DNA of 64,000 nucleotides. Origin: Sandaracinaceae bacterium. Its GTDB lineage: Bacteria; Myxococcota_A; Polyangia; Polyangiales; Sandaracinaceae. The notes under the pieces are model-generated. The model was not told where the DNA came from and ran no database searches. It saw only the letters and a list, made by a program, of their open reading frames with translations. The stretch is from positions 25,294 to 89,293 of the forward strand of contig JBGAQA010000003.1 in NCBI GenBank assembly GCA_044220955.1, read 5' to 3'. A program made the position numbers and the translations under genes. Every line of letters starts with the position of its first letter. The first letter of the stretch is position 1. This document shows positions 28,527 through 39,311 of this stretch, one piece after another.

Positions 28527-29549
28527 ATGGTGGAGGTCCTCGAGCAGCTCGGGACGATGTCTCGAGCGCGAAACCTCAGGGCGGCCGACCGCCTCGAGCA
28601 ACTACGGCCCCTGCTGGTGGACGACCTCGCCGCGGTCGAGGCCGCGCTGAGCTTGCCGACGCAGGAGCGAGCCGTTCACTCCGGCGCCCAGCACCTGATC
28701 GCCCGCGGTGGTAAGCGCCTGAGACCGATCTGCCTCGCGCTCGCCAGCCGGCTCGGCACGGGCTTCGACGCGCGCGCGCTCGACCTCGCGGTCGCCGCGG
28801 AGCTCGTGCACAGCGCCACGCTCCTGCACGACGACGTGGTCGACCTCGGCGCGGCCCGGCGAGGCGCGCCGACGGCACGGGTCATCTACGGGAACGCGAT
28901 CAGCATCTTCGCCGGGGACTGGCTCTTGATCGACTCGCTCCGGCGCGTTCGGCGCTCGTCGAGCGCGGACGTGCTCGAGCGGCTGCTCGACGTGATCGAC
29001 GAGATGATCGTGGCCGAGTCCCGTCAGCTGGAGCGACGCGGCCGGCTCTCGAGCTCGATGGACGACTGGAACGCCGTCGCGTCCGGCAAGACTGCGGCGC
29101 TCTTCCGATGGGCCATGTACGCCGGCGCACGCGCGGGCGGCCTCGGGGCGCACGACGCCCAGGCCCTCGAGGGCTTCGGTGAGCACCTCGGCCTCGCGTT
29201 CCAGGCCGTCGACGACGTCCTCGACCTGACGGGAGATCCCGGCACGACCGGCAAGGCCCTCTTCGCCGACCTCCGAGAGGGCAAGGCGTCGCTGCCGATC
29301 GTGCTCGCCTTGCGCGAGCGACCGGAACTCGAGGCGACCTTGCTCCGCGCGGCCCAGTCGGATCTCGACGACGCGCTCGGCGTCCGACTCGCCGGCGAGG
29401 TCGCCGCGACCGGAGCCATCGATGCCACGCGACGCTTCGCCGACGACCACGTCGGGCGCGCGTGCGCCGTCCTCGAGGCGTTCCGCGGCGGGGCCGCTCG
29501 CGCGGCGCTCGTGTCCATCGCGCACGCGATGACCGCTCGGGAGGTCTGA
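28527..29549 (+). CDS. Long-chain trans-polyprenyl diphosphate synthase (IspB/HepT type)
   Basis: GGKRLRP, HSATLLHDDVVD with small residues before the first Asp-rich motif, KT, FQAVDDVLD, DLREGK. Confidence 0.92.
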   Translation: MVEVLEQLGTMSRARNLRAADRLEQLRPLLVDDLAAVEAALSLPTQERAVHSGAQHLIARGGKRLRPICLALASRLGTGFDARALDLAVAAELVHSATLLHDDVVDLGAARRGAPTARVIYGNAISIFAGDWLLIDSLRRVRRSSSADVLERLLDVIDEMIVAESRQLERRGRLSSSMDDWNAVASGKTAALFRWAMYAGARAGGLGAHDAQALEGFGEHLGLAFQAVDDVLDLTGDPGTTGKALFADLREGKASLPIVLALRERPELEATLLRAAQSDLDDALGVRLAGEVAATGAIDATRRFADDHVGRACAVLEAFRGGAARAALVSIAHAMTAREV

Positions 29550-29550
29550 C

Positions 29551-30252
29551 GTGTCGAGCCCCGCAGCGCCCCGCGCCGGCTCGGGCGCGATGTTCGACCG
29601 CATCGCCGCCCGCTACGACCTGGTCAACCGGGTGATCTCGCTGGGGCTGGACCATGGATGGCGCGAGCGCGCGGTCCACGCCCTCGCGCTGGATCGGGGT
29701 GCCCGGGTGCTCGACCTCGCCACCGGCACGGGTGACCTCGCGATCGCGATCGCCACGCGACACCCCGACGCGCGCGTCGTCGGTCTCGATCCGTCGAACG
29801 GCATGCTCGACGTCGCGCGACGCAAGCGCGACGCGGCGGCGCTCTCCGAGCGCGTGGAGCTCGTCGGCGGCGACGCACAGCACCTCCCATTCGAGGACGC
29901 CACGTTCGACGGATCGACCATCGCGTTCGGCATCCGCAACGTCCCCGACCGCTCGCGCGCGCTCCGCGAGATGCGCCGCGTGCTGCGCCCAGGCGCTCGC
30001 GCCGTCGTCCTCGAGCTCGCGGAGCCCGAGGGCGTCCTCGGTCCGCTCGCGCGCTGGCACGTCCACCGCGTCGTCCCGACGCTCGGAGCGTGGCTTTCCG
30101 GCGCGCCCGAGTACGACTACCTCCAGCGCTCCATCGCGAGGTTCCCGCCGCCCGCGGCGTTCGCCGCGCTGATGACGGACGCCGGTTTCGCTCGCATCTC
30201 CTGGTCCAGCCTCACGTTCGGAGCAGCGACACTCTACGTGGGCATCCGATGA
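29551..30252 (+). CDS. menG: Demethylmenaquinone methyltransferase
   Basis: MFDRIAARYDLVNRVISLG, LDLATGTGD, FGIRNV, YDYLQRSI; men-operon context. Confidence 0.92.
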   Translation: MSSPAAPRAGSGAMFDRIAARYDLVNRVISLGLDHGWRERAVHALALDRGARVLDLATGTGDLAIAIATRHPDARVVGLDPSNGMLDVARRKRDAAALSERVELVGGDAQHLPFEDATFDGSTIAFGIRNVPDRSRALREMRRVLRPGARAVVLELAEPEGVLGPLARWHVHRVVPTLGAWLSGAPEYDYLQRSIARFPPPAAFAALMTDAGFARISWSSLTFGAATLYVGIR

Positions 30253-31619
30253 TCGCCCTCGGCCCACCGGACTCGCTCGCCGCCGGCGAGGCGGTCGATC
30301 CGAGCGAGGCACGCGCCTTCTTGCGCGCGAGCCTCGGGCGACCGCGACGTAGGGCGACCGCCATCGTGATCCCTGCGCCCGTCGGAACACCGCTCGCGCT
30401 GCTCGACCGGACGCGACGCGGCGACGCGTTCCACGTACACGACGAGCGCCGATCGTTCACCGCGCTCGGCGCGACGCGCTCGGCGCAGCTCGAAGGACCG
30501 GCGCGCTTCGCGGACGCGTCGCGACGCTACGAGACCGGACGCGACGAGCTCGAACTCGTCGTACACGAGCGGCGCGGCGAGCAGCTCCCGGCGTGGTTCT
30601 TCGGGTTCGCGTTCGCAGACGGGCGCGCCCGCGACCCCTGGGCGCCGCTGGGCGACGGCAGGCTGGTCCTGCCCCGCTGGCTGCACCGCGTCGAGCAGGG
30701 CACGGCATCGCTCACGCTCACGATCGACCGGGACGAGCCCGCCGGCGCGGACCTCGCGCTCGCCGAGCTCGACGCCATCTGGGACGCGCTCGCCGAGCCG
30801 CCTTCGAGCCCCACGGCTCGGCCAGCATCAGCGCGACACGTGGACGAAGCGCGCTGGTCGAGCTCGATCGACGACGTTCGCGCTCGGATCGCCGCACAGG
30901 CCGTGGAGAAGGTCGTCGTCGCGCGTCGCTCCACGGTCCTCGCGGAGCGGGACATCGATCCGGTCCGGGTGCTGCGGCGTCTGGAGCGACCGGGCGCGAC
31001 GCTCTTCTGCGTGCGACGTCGCGGCGTCGCGTTCGTCGGCGCGACCCCGGAGCGCCTCTTTCGCAAGCGCGCACGCTGCGTATCGACCGAGGCGGTCGCC
31101 GGAACGGTGTCGCTCGACCGAGATCCCTCGGGCCGCCGTCTGTTCGCGAGCACGAAGGATCTGCACGAGCACCAGCTCGTCGTGGACGGCATCGTGAGCG
31201 CGATGGCCGGACTGCGGGCCGACGTCGCGGTCGGTGCGCGCACGCTCCGGACCATCGGCGCGCTCGCGCACCTCTCCACGCCCATCGAGGCCCACCTCAC
31301 GAGCGAGACCTCCCCGTTCGAGATCCTCGACGCCCTGCATCCCACGCCGGCCGTCGGTGGCGCCCCGCGCGCCGCGGCGCTCGACTGGATCCGGCGCAAC
31401 GAGCCGGACCGCGGCTGGTACGCGGGGCCGCTCGGCTGGATCGACGCGCATGGCGACGCCGAGGCTCACGTGGCGCTGCGCTCCGCGTTGATCGTCGGGG
31501 CGCGCGCGTACGCCTACGCGGGGTGCGGCGTGGTGGCCGGCTCCGATCCCCACGCGGAGTACGTCGAGACCTCGCTCAAGCTCGAGCCGATGCTCGCGGC
31601 GCTCGGGGTCGGGCCGTGA
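30249..31619 (+). CDS. menF: Isochorismate synthase
   Basis: KVVVAR, GATPERL, TEAVAGT, KDLHEH, LHPTPAVGG, RGWYAGPLGW, EYVETSLK. Confidence 0.9.
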   Translation: MIALGPPDSLAAGEAVDPSEARAFLRASLGRPRRRATAIVIPAPVGTPLALLDRTRRGDAFHVHDERRSFTALGATRSAQLEGPARFADASRRYETGRDELELVVHERRGEQLPAWFFGFAFADGRARDPWAPLGDGRLVLPRWLHRVEQGTASLTLTIDRDEPAGADLALAELDAIWDALAEPPSSPTARPASARHVDEARWSSSIDDVRARIAAQAVEKVVVARRSTVLAERDIDPVRVLRRLERPGATLFCVRRRGVAFVGATPERLFRKRARCVSTEAVAGTVSLDRDPSGRRLFASTKDLHEHQLVVDGIVSAMAGLRADVAVGARTLRTIGALAHLSTPIEAHLTSETSPFEILDALHPTPAVGGAPRAAALDWIRRNEPDRGWYAGPLGWIDAHGDAEAHVALRSALIVGARAYAYAGCGVVAGSDPHAEYVETSLKLEPMLAALGVGP

Positions 31620-33370
31620 TCGACGCCCCCGCCAACCTGCTGACGGTGTGGGCGCGACTGGTGGCGGCAAGCCTCGTCTCCGCGCGTGTGCGTGACGTCG
31701 TCGTCAGCCCCGGCTCCCGCTCGACGCCGTTCGTGCTCGCGCTGCGTGAGCGCGCTGAGCTGCGGCTCACGAGCGTGATCGACGAGCGCTCGGCGGCGTT
31801 CGTCGCGCTCGGAATGGCGCGTTCGAGCGGGCGCGCGGCAGCGGTGCTGGCAACCTCCGGCACGGCGCCGGCACACTGGCTGCCCGCGGTCATCGAAGCC
31901 TCGCTCGCGCACCTGCCGCTCGTGCTGCTCTCCGCCAACCGCCCCGTCGCCCTCGCGCAGACCGGCGCGGCGCAGACGATCGATCAGACCAAGCTCTTCG
32001 GCTCCTACGTTCGGTTCTTCGCGGACCTCGGCGACCCAGGGCCGGACGAGGCCGCTCTGTCGGGCCTGGCGCGGACGATCGGACAGGCCGTCGCGATCGC
32101 GAACGGGCACCCCAGCGGACCGGTGCACCTCGATCTCCACGCCGACAAGCCTCTCGAGCCCGTCGAGCCTCGATCCGTCGAGGAGCTCGCCCTCGCCGCG
32201 CGGGCCCGGGCGGTCGCCGCGCGCGGCGTCACCCAGGTGAGCGGCGGCTCGACCGGGGCCGACGACGCCTTCGCGACGGTCCTCGCCGCGGCGCTCGGCA
32301 GAGCGCGGCGACCGCTGGTGCTCGCGGGGCCGCGTCGCACGTCGGGGGACGAGGCCCTTCTTCTTGAGGCGTGTGCCGGCGCGCGGCTGCCCGTCGCGCC
32401 GGAGGCCACCAGCCAGCTCCGCTTCGCGGGGGTTCGCTCGCTCGCGCTCGAGGCGACCGAGCTGACCTTCTCGAGCGCGCGCTTCGCCACCGAGCACGCG
32501 CCCGACTGCCTGCTCCAGATCGGTGCGCTGCCGACGGCACCGACCCTCGAGCGCGCCTGGTCACACGTGCCGCGTTTCGTCCTGGACGCGGGTGGGGTGC
32601 ACGACCCGATCGGCGGGGCGCTCGCGATCTCGCTCGGACCGGCCACCGCGACGCTCCTCACGGCCCTCGAGCGGGCGAGGCCGCAGACCGACGAGGCCTG
32701 GCTCTCGTCCCTGCTCCGCGGCGAGAGCTGCGCGTGGGCAGAGGTCGAGCGCGCGCTCGCTTCGCCACGGACCGAAGGTGCGATCGTGCGCTCGGCGCTC
32801 GGCGCGGCGCCGCGCGCCACGCTGGTGATCGGCAACAGCCTGCCGATCCGGACGCTCGACCGGTTCGTCCCGGGCGGCGGGGCCCGCAGAGTCGTCTTGT
32901 GCCAGCGCGGGGCCAACGGGATCGACGGCCTGGTGTCCGGCGCGGTCGGCGCGGCGATCGCAGGCGACGAGACCGTCCTGGCGGTCGTCGGAGACGTCTC
33001 GTTCCTGCACGACCTCAACGCGCTCGCCACCGCCAGGACGCTGGCCCGGGCGCTGGTGGTGGTGATCGTCGACAACGGGGGAGGGCGGATCTTCGAGGGC
33101 CTGCCGATCGCGCGCGATCCCGCGCTCGAGGGCGCGATGGCGCTCTTCACGACGCCCCACGGCGTCGACCTCGCTGCGGCGAGTCGTGCGTTCGGGGTCG
33201 CGTGCACGGAGACGGACACCGCGCGCGATACGGCACGCGCCGTGGCGAACGCGATCACTCGGCCCCAGGTCACGATCGTTCGTGCGCGCGTGGCGGACGG
33301 CGACGCGGCGCGCACGTTCCCCGCCCTGATCGCTGCTTTCGAGCGGGCCTTCTACGGAGCGCCGACGTGA
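31616..33370 (+). CDS. menD: SEPHCHC synthase (ThDP-dependent)
   Basis: [55 protein letters not shown]. Confidence 0.95.
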   Translation: MIDAPANLLTVWARLVAASLVSARVRDVVVSPGSRSTPFVLALRERAELRLTSVIDERSAAFVALGMARSSGRAAAVLATSGTAPAHWLPAVIEASLAHLPLVLLSANRPVALAQTGAAQTIDQTKLFGSYVRFFADLGDPGPDEAALSGLARTIGQAVAIANGHPSGPVHLDLHADKPLEPVEPRSVEELALAARARAVAARGVTQVSGGSTGADDAFATVLAAALGRARRPLVLAGPRRTSGDEALLLEACAGARLPVAPEATSQLRFAGVRSLALEATELTFSSARFATEHAPDCLLQIGALPTAPTLERAWSHVPRFVLDAGGVHDPIGGALAISLGPATATLLTALERARPQTDEAWLSSLLRGESCAWAEVERALASPRTEGAIVRSALGAAPRATLVIGNSLPIRTLDRFVPGGGARRVVLCQRGANGIDGLVSGAVGAAIAGDETVLAVVGDVSFLHDLNALATARTLARALVVVIVDNGGGRIFEGLPIARDPALEGAMALFTTPHGVDLAAASRAFGVACTETDTARDTARAVANAITRPQVTIVRARVADGDAARTFPALIAAFERAFYGAPT

Positions 33371-34121
33371 CGCTCGTCTTGTTGCACGGGTTCCTCGGGC
33401 TGCCGGACAGCTGGAACGAGGTGGTCGCGTGGCTCGGAGCGCGGGAGCGCGTGCTGCGTCCTGCGCTCCTCGGTCACGGCGCCGGGCCCTGGGAGACCCT
33501 GCCCGGATCGTTCGACGCGGAGGTCGAGCGAATCGCGACGCGGATGGCGGTCGACGGAGAGCGCGCGGCGCATCTGGTCGGGTACTCGATGGGCGCGCGC
33601 GTCGCCCTCGTCCTGGCCGCGAGACATCCGGAGCTGGTCTCCCGGCTCACGTTGATCAGCGGCACCGCCGGTCTCGACGACGACGACGAGCGGCGCGCGC
33701 GCGCGATCGCCGACGACCGGCTCGCGAGCGAGATGCGAGAGCTCGGCTTGCCCGCGTTCGTGCGTGCGTGGGAGGCGCTGCCGCTCTTCGCAACGCAGCA
33801 GCGGCTCGCGCCAGGCGCTCGGGCGCGGCACCGTGCTCGCCGCCTCGCGCACCGCGAGGACCGGGTCGCCCGCGCGCTCGAGACGCTCTCGCCCGGGCGG
33901 ATGCCCGTGATGACGAAGCTCCTCGGGGCGATCGAGCCGCCCGTCACGCTCGTCGCGGGCTCCCTGGACCCGAAATTCACCGGTATCGCGCGCGCGATCG
34001 CGCCGCTCTTCGCCCGCGCCCGCGTCCGCATCGTGGACGGCGCCGGCCACGACCCATGCCTCGAGCGCCCCCGGGAGCTCGCGGCCCTGCTTTCCGACAA
34101 CCCGTTCACGGAGATCTCCCC

Positions 34122-34125
<4 letters not shown>
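33367..34125 (+). CDS. menH: SHCHC synthase (alpha/beta hydrolase)
   Basis: [33 protein letters not shown]. Confidence 0.9.
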
Positions 34126-34951
<826 letters not shown>

Positions 34952-34955
<4 letters not shown>

Positions 34956-35827
34956 CGAGCGTGGCGCTCCTCGTCCGTGCCGCACGGCCGCAGACGCTCC
35001 CCGCCGGCCTCGTTCCCGTCCTGGTCGGGACGGCGGTCGCGCACCACGCCGGTCGCGCCGACCTCGGGGTCGCGGGCGTCGCGCTCGCGAGCGCGCTCTT
35101 CATCCAGGTCGGCGCCAACTACGCGAACGACGTGTTCGACGCCGAGAAGGGCGCGGACGGACCGGACCGCGTGGGACCGGTTCGCGTGGTGGCTGCGGGC
35201 CTCGTCTCCGCCGGCGCGATGCGCGCGGCGATGTGGGCGAGCTTCGCGTTCGCGACGCTGCTCGGCGCATTCCTCGTGGCGAGGGTGGGCTGGCCCGTGC
35301 TCGCGGTCGGCGTCGCGTCGATCCTCGCTGCGCTGGCATACACGGGCGGTCCCTTCCCGCTCGGCTACCACGGGCTCGGGGATCTCTTCGTGATGGTGTT
35401 CTTCGGCCTGGTGGCCGTCGTCGGCACGGTCTTCGTCGAGGCGCGCGTGGTGACGCCGCTCGCGTGGCTCGCGTCGCTGCCCGTCGGAGCCCTCTCGACC
35501 GCGATCCTCGTGGTGAACAACGTGCGCGACCGGGAGACCGATGCGCGCGCCGGCAAGCGAACGTTGGCCGTCCGTCTCGGAAAGCGGGGTGGCCTGGTGG
35601 AGCAGGCGCTGCTCTACGCGACGGCGTTCGGCGCCGTGATCGGCACGGCGTCCTGGCTCGCCTCTCCCTGGCCCCTGCTCCCTCTCGTGACGGCGCCCTG
35701 GGTCCTCGCGGCGTGGCGGGCGCTTCGCGATCGCGAGGGCGCGCGGCTCAACGAGACGCTCGCCGCCACGGCGCGACTGCTGCTGTCGTTCGGCGCGCTC
35801 TACGCGCTCGGGATCGGGCTGGCGTGA
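34952..35827 (+). CDS. menA: 1,4-dihydroxy-2-naphthoate polyprenyltransferase
   Basis: [60 protein letters not shown]. Confidence 0.95.
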
Positions 35828-36669
35828 TCACCCTCGTCCCCATCGAGCACCCCTCGCGCGGTCGCCGCGGCGTGGTCCTGCGGCGGGGCGCCCATCTCGG
35901 GGAGGCCTCACCGTTGGCCGGACGCTCGCGCGAGACGTACGAAGACGTCCTCGAGGCGCTCGCCCGCGGCGAGGTGACGCTGCCCTCGGTCGAGTTCGCG
36001 AGCTGGACGCTCGACGCGCGCATCGAGCGCACCTCCCTCGCTTCGCACGCGCTGCTCGAGAGCGCGGCGAGCGCGATCTCCGTTCTGCGAGGCAGGGTCG
36101 CTCCCGCGGCGCTCAAGCTCAAGCTGCGGGCGCGCCAGGACGCCGACGTGCTCGCCGAGATCCGCGCCCTCGCGCCGCGCGCGCGGCTCCGGGTCGACGC
36201 CAACCGCGCCTTCGCGCGCGAGGGCGACGTGCCCTGGGACGCGCTCGTGCGCTCCGGGGTCGAGTGGATCGAGGAGCCTTGCCCGGATGCGGGCTCGCTC
36301 GTCGGCACCCCCGTGCCGATCGCGCTCGACGAGTCGGTCGAGGAGGACGCCGCGCGCGCGCTCGAGGCCGTCGCCGACGGCCGCGCCGCGGCGCTCGTGC
36401 TGAAGCCGATGCTCCTCGGCGCCCGAGAGACGCTCCGCATCGGACGGGCGTGCAAGGATCTCGGCGGGCGAGTCGTCGTCTCGCACACGTTCGAGAGCGA
36501 GATCGGGCGGCGCGGCGCCGAGCAGCTCGCTCGGCGGCTCGACCCGGCGGAGATCCACGGCCTCGGACGCTGGGACGGGATCGACGGCTATCGCCTCGCG
36601 CTCGGCCTCACCCCGCTCGAGTCGCTGCTCGACCCGGGAGACCGGCATGCCGATCCCGCGCTGGGCTGA
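35824..36669 (+). CDS. menC: o-succinylbenzoate synthase (enolase superfamily), compact form
   Basis: GEASPL, KLK, RVDAN, IEEP, IALDES, LKP. Confidence 0.85.
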   Translation: MITLVPIEHPSRGRRGVVLRRGAHLGEASPLAGRSRETYEDVLEALARGEVTLPSVEFASWTLDARIERTSLASHALLESAASAISVLRGRVAPAALKLKLRARQDADVLAEIRALAPRARLRVDANRAFAREGDVPWDALVRSGVEWIEEPCPDAGSLVGTPVPIALDESVEEDAARALEAVADGRAAALVLKPMLLGARETLRIGRACKDLGGRVVVSHTFESEIGRRGAEQLARRLDPAEIHGLGRWDGIDGYRLALGLTPLESLLDPGDRHADPALG

Positions 36670-37945
36670 GCGCGCTCGGCTCACGCCCCACGCGCCCGCG
36701 ATCGTGACGCGGGAGACGACGTGGACGTGCGCGGACGTCGCGAGCGCGATCGCCGCCCGTGCGGCGTCCCTGCGCGGCGACCGACCCCTCACGCTCGACG
36801 GCGGCGTCTCGATCGAGACGACCCTCGACCTGCTCGCCGCGATCGAGGCGCGCATCCCCGTGGTGATGAACCACCCGCGCTGGACGCAGGCCGAGCGCGA
36901 GGCCGTTCGCGCCCGCCTGGCAGGGTCACACCCGCCCGATACCGTGCTGGCCGTGCTGGCCACGTCGGGGACGACCGGAATCCCCAAGCTCGCGGTGCTC
37001 TCGCGCCGCGCGTTCGCGGCGGCCGCGAACGCCAGCGCCCTGCACCTGGGCGCTTCTGCCGAGGATCGATGGCTGCTCGCGATGCCGCTCGCGCACGTCG
37101 GCGGCCTCGGGGTCGTCGTCCGATCGCTCGTCCAGTGCACGCCCTTGGTCTTGCACGACGGCGACCCGTGCGGGTGGATCCCCCTCGCGCGCAGTGCCCG
37201 CGTCACGCACGTCTCGCTCGTGCCGACGCTGCTGGCGCGCCTGCTCGACCGAGGCGAGGCGCTCCCGCCCTCGGTCCGCGTGCTGCTCGTCGGCGGCGCG
37301 GCATGCCCGGAGAGCGTGCTCGCGCGCGCGCTCGGCGCGGGGCTGCCGGTCCGGCCGACCTACGGTCTGACCGAGACCTGCGGGCAGGTGGCCACCGCGA
37401 CGGGCGATCCACGAGCGCTGGTTCCGCTCCCCGGGGTCGACGTCCGCGTCGAGGGAGGCACGATCCGCGTGCGGTCGGCCTCCGCGATGGATGGCTGGGT
37501 CGACGAGGCGGCGACTCCATTCGACGCGGACGGCTTCTACGACACCGGCGACCTGGGCGAGCTCGACGCGCGCGGCCGGCTCCACGTCCACGCGCGCCGG
37601 ACCGACCTCGTGGTGAGCGGCGGCGAGAACGTCTACCCGCGCGAGGTCGAGGAGGCTCTCGAGCGCATCCCGGGCATTCGCGCCGCCTGCGTGTTCGGCG
37701 TGCCCGATCCCGAGTGGGGCCAGCGCGTGGCGGCCGCCATCGTCACGGAGCCGAGCGCTCCGAGCGACGACGCGATCATCGCGAGGGCACGAGTCACGTT
37801 GGCCGGCTTCAAGCTCCCGCGCCTGCTCGCGCGGCTCGACACGCTCGCGATCGCCGAGTCAGGCAAGCTCGACCGGCGCAGGACGGCCGCCCGCGCGCTC
37901 ACGCACCTGCGATCGGCCGGACGGAAGGAAGAAGGCGGCCGGTGA
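36647..37945 (+). CDS. menE: o-succinylbenzoate-CoA ligase
   Basis: TSGTTGIPK, PLAHVGGL, TYGLTET, TGDLG, SGGENVYP, PDPEWGQ, GKLDR. Confidence 0.92.
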   Translation: MPIPRWAERARLTPHAPAIVTRETTWTCADVASAIAARAASLRGDRPLTLDGGVSIETTLDLLAAIEARIPVVMNHPRWTQAEREAVRARLAGSHPPDTVLAVLATSGTTGIPKLAVLSRRAFAAAANASALHLGASAEDRWLLAMPLAHVGGLGVVVRSLVQCTPLVLHDGDPCGWIPLARSARVTHVSLVPTLLARLLDRGEALPPSVRVLLVGGAACPESVLARALGAGLPVRPTYGLTETCGQVATATGDPRALVPLPGVDVRVEGGTIRVRSASAMDGWVDEAATPFDADGFYDTGDLGELDARGRLHVHARRTDLVVSGGENVYPREVEEALERIPGIRAACVFGVPDPEWGQRVAAAIVTEPSAPSDDAIIARARVTLAGFKLPRLLARLDTLAIAESGKLDRRRTAARALTHLRSAGRKEEGGR

Positions 37946-37975
37946 CCGCCTCCTCGCCCGCCCCAAGGGTCGCTC

Positions 37976-39223
37976 TCAGACGTCCGCGAACTCTTCGCGG
38001 GACTTCTTCTTGCCGTTCTTGTGCCCGTTCACGTCGCCCTTCGCCCTGCCCTTGAGCAATCGGTCGCGGAGCTCCTCGGCGCGGTCCGTGCGCTCCCAGG
38101 TGAAGCCGTTCTTGACGTCTTCCTTGGCGGGGTTGCGGCCGAAGTGGCCGTACGCCGCGGTCGGGCGGTAGATCGGGCGGAGCAGATCGAGCGTCTCGAT
38201 CAGCGCGCGCGGGCGGAAGTCGAACATGTCGATGACGGCCGCGGCGATCTTCTCGTCCGCGACCTTGCCGGTGCCGAACGTCGAGACGTAGACGCCCATC
38301 GGCTTGGCGACGCCGATCGCGTACGCGACCTGCACCTCGCACTTCGTCGCGACGCCGCTCGCGACGACGTTCTTCGCGACGTAGCGCGCGAAGTACGCCG
38401 CGGAGCGATCGACCTTGCTCGGATCCTTGCCACTGAAGGCGCCGCCGCCGTGACGGCCCATGCCGCCGTAGGTGTCGACGATGATCTTGCGGCCCGTCAG
38501 GCCGGCATCGCCGACCGGTCCACCGATCACGAAGCGCCCCGTGGGGTTCGTGTAGATCTTGGTGTTCTTGTCGATCATGTCCTTCGGACAGACCTTGAAG
38601 ATCACCTCGTCCATGAGCGCTTCGCGGATCTTCTTCTGCTTCGCGTCCGGGTGGTGCTGGGTGCTCACCACGATCGCGTCGAGGCGCACGGGCTTGTCGT
38701 CCTCGTACTCCACCGTGACCTGGGTCTTGCCGTCCGGGCGAAGCCAGCCGAGCGTGCCGTCCTTGCGGACCTTCGCGAGCCGGTGCGCCAGGCGGTGCGC
38801 GAGCTGGATGGGCATGGGCATCAGCTCCTTGGTCTCGTCGACCGCGAAGCCGAACATCAGGCCCTGATCGCCCGCGCCCTGGTCCTTGCTCAGGCTCGTC
38901 TCCACGTCGACGCCCTGCGCGATGTCGGGGGACTGCTGCTCGACCGCGGCGAGGATCGCGCAGTGCTCCCAGTCGAAGCCCGTGTCGGCCGTGTAGCCGA
39001 TCTCCTTGATCGCTTGCCGGATGATCTTCGGGTAGTCGAACGTCGCACGCGTCGTGATCTCACCGGCGACGATCGCGTAGCCCGTCTTGACCATGGTCTC
39101 GCAGGCCACGCGACCGCGGGGATCCTGCTCGAGGACCGCGTCCAGGACCGCGTCGGAGATCGCGTCGCAAACCTTGTCCGGATGACCCTCGGTGACCGAC
39201 TCGGAGGTGAACAGATAACCCAT
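37976..39223 (-). CDS. metK: S-adenosylmethionine synthetase
   Basis: [38 protein letters not shown]. Confidence 0.99.
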   Translation of the reverse strand: MGYLFTSESVTEGHPDKVCDAISDAVLDAVLEQDPRGRVACETMVKTGYAIVAGEITTRATFDYPKIIRQAIKEIGYTADTGFDWEHCAILAAVEQQSPDIAQGVDVETSLSKDQGAGDQGLMFGFAVDETKELMPMPIQLAHRLAHRLAKVRKDGTLGWLRPDGKTQVTVEYEDDKPVRLDAIVVSTQHHPDAKQKKIREALMDEVIFKVCPKDMIDKNTKIYTNPTGRFVIGGPVGDAGLTGRKIIVDTYGGMGRHGGGAFSGKDPSKVDRSAAYFARYVAKNVVASGVATKCEVQVAYAIGVAKPMGVYVSTFGTGKVADEKIAAAVIDMFDFRPRALIETLDLLRPIYRPTAAYGHFGRNPAKEDVKNGFTWERTDRAEELRDRLLKGRAKGDVNGHKNGKKKSREEFADV

Positions 39224-39282
39224 GCCGCAGACCTTTCGCGATTGCCCGATCCCGCCCGGGACACGAGGAAATCGGGGCGCGT

Positions 39283-39311
39283 TTTCTATGCGGCGGTCAG
39301 GGACCTGTCAA
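39283..39311 (-). promoter_or_regulatory. Putative sigma70 promoter of metK
   Basis: Minus strand TTGACA-N17-TAGAAA; the -35 element overlaps the crtU stop codon. Confidence 0.55.

Noticed and set aside
28527..29549. crtE (GGPP synthase) serving the crt operon
   Set aside because: The HSATLLHDDVVD signature and position at the head of the men operon indicate a long-chain enzyme.
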